A stretch of DNA of 63,432 bases, filler included, from an uncultured bacterium (GTDB lineage Bacteria > CAYJRR01), in the NCBI GenBank assembly GCA_964372275.1. It is 4 parts of 4 records of this genome, joined end to end, with 100 filler letters (N's around TTAATTAATTAA, not from the genome) between each part and the next. Parts side by side here need not be neighbours in the genome. Positions count along the whole stretch, not along the records: positions 47,862 to 63,432 come from CAYJRR010000107.1; 3 more parts are not named here. One strand, given 5' to 3'. Position numbers and translations under genes: made by a program. Positions 50,771 through 58,801 of this stretch are shown in pieces. Each line of letters begins with the position of its first letter. The first letter of the stretch is position 1. The notes beneath the pieces are model-generated. The model was not told where the DNA came from, searched no databases, and saw nothing but the letters and a program-made list of their open reading frames with translations.

Positions 50771-52645
50771 CTAGGGCTGAAAAACGGCGTCGCCGAAGCT
50801 CAAGGGGGGTTGGAGCAGGCCGAAGACGGCGTCGAAGCCGAGCGTCTCGGTGGCGAACGGCAGGAAGGTCGACCCCCCGCCCGTCAGGTCGATCACCGTG
50901 GCGCCGGTCTGAAAGACGAACTCCCCCTCGCCGTCGTCGTACCAGAGGCGGAACGACGACTGGAGCATGCGATGGTCGTTGTACAGGAGGTCGGCCGACG
51001 TCGGCGCGGTGAACGTCTCCTGCATCGGGATTCCGAGGACCGGCGAGGTCGTGTTGGCGTTGGTGATCGCCAGGGTGTGCCCGAAGCTCATCCCGTCCGC
51101 CGCCAGGAAGACGATCAAGTTGAGCAGATTCTCGAGAGAGAAGTCGTTCACCACCGCATCGAGCAGGTCGAACAGCTCCGAGAACGGCTCGTCGAGCGAG
51201 GTGACGAAGACCTTGTTCGGGTCTGTGTTGGAGACGACCAGGTCGAACGGGATCGGCGCCACCGCCTGCCCGCCGTTCAGATCGGACAGCTTGATCGGAC
51301 CGGCGATCACCGACCCGCCGCTCAGGGACACCGCGGTCAGGTTGGCCGCCGTCGGATCGGTGAAGTCGGGCGGGAAGGCCCCTTCTCCGCCGCCGCCGAG
51401 CACGAACAGCGTCGCCCCGTTGCGGGAGATCACCGCGTCCTGCGTCTTGGGACCGACGTCGACGCGCACCGGGTCGTTGCCGTTGGTGATCTGGAGCTGC
51501 GGGTTGTGGTTGAAGATGCGGGCCTGCGGATTGAGCGCGTTGAGCACCGCCGTCTTGGTGCCGTTCGGCGAGATGGCGATATCGCAGGCGGCGATGTCGT
51601 TGGTCGGGTCGCCGGCGAACAGCGCCGATGTGTAGCCGACCAGCACCGGATCGAGCGGGAAGCGCACGTCGAAGACGTGGATCCCGAACGCGTCCCCGGC
51701 GACCAACAGCCTGGCGTCGTGCGAGACCTCGATGTCGAAGAGGGGCCCCAGACCCACGGTGAAGGAGTCATGGATCACCGGCTGCCCGTCGGCCGTGAGG
51801 TCGACGATGGTGATCGTCCCGGTGGAGAGGAAGGCGAACCGCCCGTCGTCGACGTAGGCGGTGCTGCCGTCGGGGGAGAGCTTCACCACCGAGGCGTCGC
51901 CGATGTCGAGCCGCACGCCGGTGTCGGTGATCGACTCGTCGGGGTTCACGTCGAGCACGAACACCTGGTCGTAGCGGGCCGAGGTGACGAGCGCGAAGCG
52001 GCGCACGTCGAGATCGACGTTGAACGGCGCGTACCCCCCGGGGAAGGTGATCGACAGCGGCCGGACCCCGGCGCGCGCCGTCGGCGGGACGCGGAAGCGG
52101 AGGTTCTGCGCGTCGAGGATCTCCACCGCCGTCGCCGGGACGCCGTCGACGGTGATCGTCGGGATCAGCTGGGTGGTGAAGTTCTCCCCTTCGACCAGGA
52201 TCCACTCGCCGATCACCCCGCGCTTGTCGGCCCCCGACTCGACGCCCGTGACCTGCGGCGGGATGTCCTTCACCAGCAACTGCACCTGGGCCTCGACGAA
52301 GTCGTCGGCGTTGGCGTATCCGCGGACCTTGATGGTGTAGGTGGTGTCCTGCGCGTTCTGCACGTCGTAGGCGTGGGTGGTGACCGGCCCGTTCTGCGTC
52401 ACCACCGGCGAGCCGTCGCCGAAGACGAAACGATAGGACTCGATGTTCCCCTCGGAGGCCGAGGCGTCGATCGTCACCGTCTCCCAGCGCATCGCCGGGT
52501 TGGGACTGACCGATACGAGCACCCGGATGTCGAGCGACCCGTCGTCGTCGTCCGCCCCGGCGCCGGCCTTGGACGACCCGCAGCCCGCCGCGGCGAGGGA
52601 AAGGAGTACCGAAATGAGGACGAGCAGGCGATGTTCAGTCTTCAT
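50771..52645 (-). CDS. Lipoprotein with PKD, IPT/TIG and beta-propeller domains
   Basis: AAGC lipobox; IDASAS..Y.FVFGDGS (PKD), G.WILVEGENF (IPT), SPDG/SPNG repeats. Confidence 0.75.
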   Translation of the reverse strand: MKTEHRLLVLISVLLSLAAAGCGSSKAGAGADDDDGSLDIRVLVSVSPNPAMRWETVTIDASASEGNIESYRFVFGDGSPVVTQNGPVTTHAYDVQNAQDTTYTIKVRGYANADDFVEAQVQLLVKDIPPQVTGVESGADKRGVIGEWILVEGENFTTQLIPTITVDGVPATAVEILDAQNLRFRVPPTARAGVRPLSITFPGGYAPFNVDLDVRRFALVTSARYDQVFVLDVNPDESITDTGVRLDIGDASVVKLSPDGSTAYVDDGRFAFLSTGTITIVDLTADGQPVIHDSFTVGLGPLFDIEVSHDARLLVAGDAFGIHVFDVRFPLDPVLVGYTSALFAGDPTNDIAACDIAISPNGTKTAVLNALNPQARIFNHNPQLQITNGNDPVRVDVGPKTQDAVISRNGATLFVLGGGGEGAFPPDFTDPTAANLTAVSLSGGSVIAGPIKLSDLNGGQAVAPIPFDLVVSNTDPNKVFVTSLDEPFSELFDLLDAVVNDFSLENLLNLIVFLAADGMSFGHTLAITNANTTSPVLGIPMQETFTAPTSADLLYNDHRMLQSSFRLWYDDGEGEFVFQTGATVIDLTGGGSTFLPFATETLGFDAVFGLLQPPLSFGDAVFQP

Positions 52646-52656
52646 AAAGGGCACGC

Positions 52657-52685
52657 ATCAAAGGCTCGCGCCGGCCCGCTGTCAA
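52657..52685 (-). promoter_or_regulatory. Putative sigma70 promoter
   Basis: Minus-strand TTGACA-N17-TTTGAT upstream of ATG 52645. Confidence 0.4.
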
Positions 52686-52749
52686 GGCTCCGCCGAGCCG
52701 TTGCGCCCGCACTCGCAGACGCTTGAACGACCATGGGAACATTCTCCAT

Positions 52750-53433
52750 TCATTGGGCGGCGGGGGAGTACCCGACGTAGGGCCATCCGTTTGGCGCGTT
52801 CGAATGCGGGTCGTTCCCCATGTAGACGCTGTCGGCGAAACCGTCCTCGTCGTGGTCGAAGCGGGTCATTGCGATCCCGTTCTCACCGACCTTCTGGTGG
52901 TAGCCGGTCGTGAAGATCTCCTTCGCGGGTCTGCGTCCGGTCACTTCGATCCGCCAGATCTTCTGGCCGCTCCAGAAGTACGTCGTGCGCGGTCCATCGG
53001 CGGTCGGCGGGGCGCCGACCGTGACGCTCGCGATGCGCGTCGGATTCCAGAGATCCATGGCGACGAAGGTGTCCGCGAGTCCGTCGCCGTTCGTGTCGTG
53101 GTTCTTCACGACGCGCGTCTTCCACCAGAACCAGCCGTCCGGGATGCGCGTCTCGCTCAGCTCCCGCCCGGTGACCAGCCGGCCGACGTCCGCGCCGAGC
53201 ATCGGATGGCGGGGCATCACGCCCACATCCACGCCGGCGGGAAGCCGGAGATCCGGCGGCGTGCTCGCGACGAAGTCCGCGGACGAGAGGAAGCTCGGCA
53301 CCCACGTTCGTGCCGACGACTCGCGCGCGGCGGCCTCGCGCACGCCGTTCAGCGCGTCCGGAAGTCGCGGGTCCTCCGAGCAGACCGTCGTGACCACCGC
53401 CGCCAGCAACGTCGAACATGCGAACATTCCCAT
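52750..53433 (-). CDS. Hypothetical exported protein with two DxDxDG loops
   Basis: AAGGAGG RBS; DTNGDGLAD and DHDEDGFAD. Confidence 0.6.
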   Translation of the reverse strand: MGMFACSTLLAAVVTTVCSEDPRLPDALNGVREAAARESSARTWVPSFLSSADFVASTPPDLRLPAGVDVGVMPRHPMLGADVGRLVTGRELSETRIPDGWFWWKTRVVKNHDTNGDGLADTFVAMDLWNPTRIASVTVGAPPTADGPRTTYFWSGQKIWRIEVTGRRPAKEIFTTGYHQKVGENGIAMTRFDHDEDGFADSVYMGNDPHSNAPNGWPYVGYSPAAQ

Positions 53434-53625
53434 TCCCGCCTCCTTGCCGTTCCCTCGTCTTCGGGGCGGCGAAGGCGTGCAGGCGATGTGCCGATTGACT
53501 TTCGAATGTTTCCGAACGTTTGGCAGAGCGCCGTCGAGCGCCTGCCGGGGCGTTGGCCGCGCACCTGCGTAGGCGTCGTCGCCGTGGCGGGCAGGCGCGC
53601 CGAGCGCGCGCCTCCCAACCGACAC

Positions 53626-56556
53626 CTAGGGAGTCAGGGTCGAGCCCAGGCTGTAGGCGTTGGTCGCGCCCTGGAAGCCGTAGACCTTGAGGCGGTAGGT
53701 GGTGCCGGCGGTGACGTTGACGGTGATCTGTTCGTTGTCGTCGATCGATGTCGAGGCGGCGATGTAGGCGACGGTCGAGGCCTGGTAGAGGCGCATGTCG
53801 AGGTCGCCGTTGGCGTGGGTGAAGGTCGCGGTGATCGTCAGCGACCCGTTCGACGACGGGGTGAAGGCGAACCAGTCGGCGTCGCCGGTGCAGACGCGCA
53901 GCCCGTTGACCGTCCCGCCGACGGCGAGCGGCGCGCTGCCTGCGAAGGTGTCGTTCTCTTCGTAGCCGTCCTCGTCACACAGCGCCGTCACCGTGATCTT
54001 GGTGGCGGTGGTGGCGATGTTGTTCAGCTCGCTCCCCTCCTCGACGGCGTTCGCGGGGTCGGCGGTGAGGCCGACGTAGTACTGCCCGCCGGCCTGGTCG
54101 ACCGGGATCGTCACCTTCTTCGAGACCGAGCGGTTCTCCCCCGCGCCGAGCGCCGTCTCGGAGACGGTCGCGAGCAGCAGGTCGCCCGAGTCGATCGTGG
54201 TGTCGGTCGAGAGGCGCAGCGTCCAGTCGAACGCCGGCGTCGCCTGGGTGCTGTTGTTCTTGATCTTCGCCGTCACCTGCACGTCCTCGCCGGCGTCGAC
54301 CGAGGTCGGGCTGGCGGCGACGGTGCTCGGCGCGTAGTCGGGCATGCCGCCGGTCGAGCCGCTGACGGTCATGGTGTAGGTGTTGGTCGAACTGGAGTAG
54401 CCGTAGACCTTCACGTAGTAGGTGCCGCCGGTGGTGGAGGTGTACTTCACCTCCTCGACGCTGGTGGTGGAGTAGGAGCCGCACTGGTTGGGGCTGCTGC
54501 ACGGGCTGGGGGTCGATCCGGACGACGTCTGCAGCACCATGTCCAGGTCGCCGGTCGAGCTGTGGACGAACTCGATCTTCACCGTGATCGTGCCGCCCGG
54601 GCCGGTGGTGATGGCGTAGACGTCGCCGTAGGAGGAGCCCCCCTGGCAGATCGCCAGGTCCTGGAACGTCCCGTTGTCGATCGGCGTTGCGTCGGCGATC
54701 GTCTCGTTCGGTTCGAAGGCGTCGTCGAGGCAGCCGGTGCCGATGCCGATCTTGAGCGCGAAGTCGTTGTTCGATTCGTGGTCCTCGAGCTGCACGTTGG
54801 CGCTGTCGGAGTGCGCGATCAGGTAGTAGTAGCCGCTGGCGGTCGAAGCGGGGATCGTCACCGTGCGCGTGACGGTGACGCTCGCGCCCGCCGCGAGCGA
54901 GGCGACGTTGAAGGTGTCGAGCATCGTGTCGCCGGTGCCGTAGGTCGGGTCGGTCGACAGGTAGAGCTGCACGTCGAACGAGGTGGCCGCGGTGGCGCCG
55001 AAGTTGTAGATCGTGACCCCCGTCTGCGTCGGGACGTTCTGCGGGATCGGGCCCGAACCGGAGCCGATCTGGATCGCGGTCGGCATCAGGTCGATCCCGG
55101 GGCCGCCGTTGTCCTCGAGGGTGTTGGTGACCGTGTACCCGTTCCCGGAACCGGACCCGCCCATCGTGACCCGCAGCAGGTAGTTGCCGGCGGTCAGCGC
55201 GATGCCGCTCGAGACCTGCTCCACGTTGTTGGTGGTGGCCGAGGTCTGGATCGGGGTGGAGACCCCCTCGCGGAAGATGGCGTACTCGAGGTTGCCGTTC
55301 AGGTGGACGAAGTCGATCTTCGAGGTGAGCCGATCGCCGGCGCCGAGGACGAACTTCCACCAGTCGGTGGTCGCGCCGCAGAGCGTGAGCGATCCGATGC
55401 TGCCGGTGCCGAGGACCATCGCCTGGGTCTCGATCTCGTTCGGCTCGTTCGCGTCCTCGGTGCAGCCGGAGCCGCCCGTCGTCGTGAACAGGCCGGAGGC
55501 GGCGGCGAGGTTGTTGGTCTCGTCGGTCTCGGCGACGGCGCTGCCGGTGTCGACCAGCACCCCCAGGTACCAGGGGCGGTTGACGACCGTCGCCGGGACG
55601 GTCGGCTGGAAGGTCATCGGCTCGTTGGTCAGCCCGTCCAGACCGGCGATCGAGGCGGTGTGGAGGACGAAGTCGTCGGCGGTGATCGTCGGGTCGGCGG
55701 AGAGCATCACCTTCACGGTGAAGGGGCCGGCATCGGCGGTGCCGAGGTTGGTGAGGGTCGTCTGCACGCTGGCGGTGGCGCCGGCGGTGAGCGTCGCCGG
55801 CGCGGTCGGCGCCGAGGCGACGAGGTCGATCGGGAGCGAGCTGCTCGTCACCGACAGCTGCTGCACCGAGCGGCCGACGTTGTTGTTCTCGTCGGTCTCG
55901 TCGATCGCCTCCGCGGCGTCGAGGACGACGAAGACCCAGTAGTCGGCCAGCGCGAAGCTCGAGGGGATGGTGATCGTCGCCGTCTTGTCGAGCGACTCCG
56001 ATCCGCCGATGCCCGAGGTGTTGATCGAGCCGTTCGGCGTCGCGCCGGGTTCGAGCTCCTCCTCGGTGGTGAGGAAGATGCGGGAGATGAAGTTGTGGTC
56101 GTAGGCGGTGTCGCCGCGATTGCGCATCGTCACCTTGACGGTTACCGGCGAGGACGGGTTGACCGACAGGGGGGTCACTTCGATCGCCTCCACGGCGAGG
56201 TCGGTTCCGGGGCCGGTTTCGGAGACGTCGATCTCCTTCTCCGCGTACCCCGTCCGCCCGTCCTGCGTCAGGGTGAGCTTGACGGTGTAGGTACCGATCT
56301 CGGGATAGGTGTGGGCCGGCATCGACTCGTCGGAGGTCGTCTGATCGCCCAAGTCCCACTCGTAGGTCGCGTCCTCGGAAGCGGGCTCGCCGTCGACGTT
56401 CGCTTTGAGCGTCACGAGGAGCGGAAAGGCGCCGGCCTCGGGGGTCGCGAGGATCTCGACGTTGAGCGCCGACTTGACGCCGCCCGCGCCGCTGCAGCCG
56501 GCAAGGCCCGAGACGAGACCGAGAAGGGCGAGTCGCACTCCGAACGAACGGGCCAT
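53626..56556 (-). CDS. Lipoprotein with PKD, four CARDB and three PPC domains
   Basis: AGGAG RBS; LAGC lipobox; WDLGD; DL..E.DE.NN units; C.ED..E.N..D.Y..GDLDM.L units. Confidence 0.82.
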   Translation of the reverse strand: MARSFGVRLALLGLVSGLAGCSGAGGVKSALNVEILATPEAGAFPLLVTLKANVDGEPASEDATYEWDLGDQTTSDESMPAHTYPEIGTYTVKLTLTQDGRTGYAEKEIDVSETGPGTDLAVEAIEVTPLSVNPSSPVTVKVTMRNRGDTAYDHNFISRIFLTTEEELEPGATPNGSINTSGIGGSESLDKTATITIPSSFALADYWVFVVLDAAEAIDETDENNNVGRSVQQLSVTSSSLPIDLVASAPTAPATLTAGATASVQTTLTNLGTADAGPFTVKVMLSADPTITADDFVLHTASIAGLDGLTNEPMTFQPTVPATVVNRPWYLGVLVDTGSAVAETDETNNLAAASGLFTTTGGSGCTEDANEPNEIETQAMVLGTGSIGSLTLCGATTDWWKFVLGAGDRLTSKIDFVHLNGNLEYAIFREGVSTPIQTSATTNNVEQVSSGIALTAGNYLLRVTMGGSGSGNGYTVTNTLEDNGGPGIDLMPTAIQIGSGSGPIPQNVPTQTGVTIYNFGATAATSFDVQLYLSTDPTYGTGDTMLDTFNVASLAAGASVTVTRTVTIPASTASGYYYLIAHSDSANVQLEDHESNNDFALKIGIGTGCLDDAFEPNETIADATPIDNGTFQDLAICQGGSSYGDVYAITTGPGGTITVKIEFVHSSTGDLDMVLQTSSGSTPSPCSSPNQCGSYSTTSVEEVKYTSTTGGTYYVKVYGYSSSTNTYTMTVSGSTGGMPDYAPSTVAASPTSVDAGEDVQVTAKIKNNSTQATPAFDWTLRLSTDTTIDSGDLLLATVSETALGAGENRSVSKKVTIPVDQAGGQYYVGLTADPANAVEEGSELNNIATTATKITVTALCDEDGYEENDTFAGSAPLAVGGTVNGLRVCTGDADWFAFTPSSNGSLTITATFTHANGDLDMRLYQASTVAYIAASTSIDDNEQITVNVTAGTTYRLKVYGFQGATNAYSLGSTLTP

Positions 56557-56821
56557 CATTGAGCTCCTATTGCTGTAATCCGGTAAAAGTGAGTAGGCGT
56601 TCAGCGTAATTTCCACACGTGGTGGTGGGCTTCGCGCACCCGAGAAAGCGGGCGACGTTCGTTCTGGCGCGTTCCAACACCCGTGTCATTCCGGTCCCTT
56701 GGTCGTCCGGCTCGCCGATCCGCGAAATCGCGGATCTCCGCGGCGGGGCTGGCGGGATGCACGCCCCGCGCCACGGAGTTCGATGGCGCAAAACGGCACG
56801 ATTCGACTAAGGTCGGCGCCG

Positions 56822-58660
56822 ATGCGGCGACGCATGGTGGCAGCTTGGCTGATCGCGGTGGCCGGGTGCCGCGCACCCGGATCCGGCTCGTCGCCGGACG
56901 GGCCGGTGATCGAGTCGATCGCGCCGCGGGCGGGGCCGCGCAGCGGCGGAACGGTCGTCCGCGTCGAGGGGCGCGGTTTCGGCGACGCGCCCTTCGCCAC
57001 CCTGGGTTCCGCGATCGTCGAGCGCGTCACGACGGTGAGCGACACCGTGCTCGAGTTCGAAGCGCCCCCCGATCGCGTCGGGCCCGCGAGCCTCACCGTG
57101 GTGACGCGCCACGGACGCGCGACGGTCGTCGACGCCTACTTCTACCAGCCGCTGCCGGCGACCGCCTACGCGGGTCGCTTCTTCGCCGACGCCGCCGACG
57201 CCGGGTCGGCCAACCTCGTCGTCGTCACCTCGTCGGAAACGATCGCCGGGATCGATCTCGACCTTCCGCTCGCCGGCGCCGGAAGCATCGCGGGGCGACT
57301 GTCCGGCGTCGACGACGCGCCGCTCGTCGGCCATTCGGTCGTGGCCACGTCGACCGACGGCGGGGTCTCGGTGGCGTTCCTTTCGACGCTCGACGGGAGC
57401 TATCGGATCGACGGGCTGCCGCCGGGCCGCTACGTCGTCAAGAGCGCCGAGGCCGCCGACTCCCCGTTGTTCGATCGCGCCTGGAACGGCGTCGATTCGG
57501 AGGCGTCTGCGACCGCGGTCGACGTCGCCGCCGGGGCGACGACCGAAGGGATCGACCTGGTGCTGGCGACGGGGGGGGAGATCGTCGGGGAGATCGACGC
57601 GGACGGGGCGCCGATGGAGGGGGTGACGGTGATCGCCATCCCGTTCGCCGCGCCGAACGCCCTGCAGTTTTCGACGGACTTTTCCGACGAGCAGGGGCGC
57701 TATCGCCTGCCCGGCCTGGCGCCCGGGGAGTACCGCGTCCTGGCGTTCACCTTCGGAACGGGACGGGTGAGCGAGAACTACCCCGACGCGGTCGACGCCG
57801 AGCTCGCCCTTCCGGTCGCCGTGGAGGCGGGCGGGATCGCGGTGGCCGATCTCGACCTCGACCCGGCGGCGATCGTCACCGGACGGGCGACCGAACCATC
57901 GGCGGGCGGGCCGGCGATCCCCTTCGCCATCGTTCGCGCCCACGAAGTCGATGTCGACCTTGGATACGCCACCTCGACCGCGACCGACGGGACCTACCGA
58001 CTCGAGGTTCCGGAGGGCCGCTACCGTGTCGAAGTGGCGGAGATGGGCCTCTCGTACGATGCCGTCGCCGGAACGGCAGGGGCGACGATCCTCGATCTCG
58101 ATCCGGGCGAGGAGGCGCAGGGGATCGACTTCGACGGACGGATCGGGGTCGAGCCGTGCGAAAACCCGACCGGCACGCGAAGTCTCTCCGGAACGGTGAC
58201 CGGTCCCGGCGGATCGTTGGTGTTTCGGGCCGCCGTGGTGCTCGAGTCGGAGTCGGAGGTCTTTCGCTACGAGGCGACCACCGGGATCGACGGCGTCTGG
58301 TCCGCCCCGTGTGTCGAGCCGGACGAATACACGCTGTTCGTCTACCCGGTCGGAAGCAACCTCGCGTGGGCAAAGCGAAACGACGTGGTGATCCCCCCGT
58401 CGGGGGGGCTCCCCGTCCTCGACGTCGCGGTCGACCGGGGGGCCGTCCTCAAAGGGAGCGTCCGTGACGCCGCGACCCACACGCCGCTCGCCGGCGTGCC
58501 GGTGCGGGCGGAAAACGTCGACACCGGCGAGGGCCGGACGACCGTCACCGGAAGCGACGGCGCCTGGTCGATCGACCGGACCTCCTGGGGGGGGCTCGCC
58601 CCCGGAAGCTGGCGGATCGAGGCGAAGCCGCACGTGCGCTCCGAGCACCAAGCGCTCTGA
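56822..58660 (+). CDS. Lipoprotein with IPT/TIG and carboxypeptidase-regulatory-like repeats
   Basis: VAGC lipobox; P..GP.SGGTVV.VEG.GF; repeated G.I.G..DG.Y.I.GL.PG.Y. Confidence 0.78.
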   Translation: MRRRMVAAWLIAVAGCRAPGSGSSPDGPVIESIAPRAGPRSGGTVVRVEGRGFGDAPFATLGSAIVERVTTVSDTVLEFEAPPDRVGPASLTVVTRHGRATVVDAYFYQPLPATAYAGRFFADAADAGSANLVVVTSSETIAGIDLDLPLAGAGSIAGRLSGVDDAPLVGHSVVATSTDGGVSVAFLSTLDGSYRIDGLPPGRYVVKSAEAADSPLFDRAWNGVDSEASATAVDVAAGATTEGIDLVLATGGEIVGEIDADGAPMEGVTVIAIPFAAPNALQFSTDFSDEQGRYRLPGLAPGEYRVLAFTFGTGRVSENYPDAVDAELALPVAVEAGGIAVADLDLDPAAIVTGRATEPSAGGPAIPFAIVRAHEVDVDLGYATSTATDGTYRLEVPEGRYRVEVAEMGLSYDAVAGTAGATILDLDPGEEAQGIDFDGRIGVEPCENPTGTRSLSGTVTGPGGSLVFRAAVVLESESEVFRYEATTGIDGVWSAPCVEPDEYTLFVYPVGSNLAWAKRNDVVIPPSGGLPVLDVAVDRGAVLKGSVRDAATHTPLAGVPVRAENVDTGEGRTTVTGSDGAWSIDRTSWGGLAPGSWRIEAKPHVRSEHQAL

Positions 58661-58710
58661 GCCGACCGATCGGTCCGCGCCGCGGGTCCCGAACGATTTC
58701 GTTAAAACGC

Positions 58711-58739
58711 TTGACCGCGCGAGGGTGCTTGTCCATACT
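58711..58739 (+). promoter_or_regulatory. Putative sigma70 promoter
   Basis: TTGACC-N17-CATACT, about 60 nt upstream of ATG 58802. Confidence 0.55.
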
Positions 58740-58801
58740 GCAGCGCCTTTTACGTGCATTTTTCGTAGTTTCCGTGGCACTCCTCAGGCAAGGGGTTCGG
58801 G

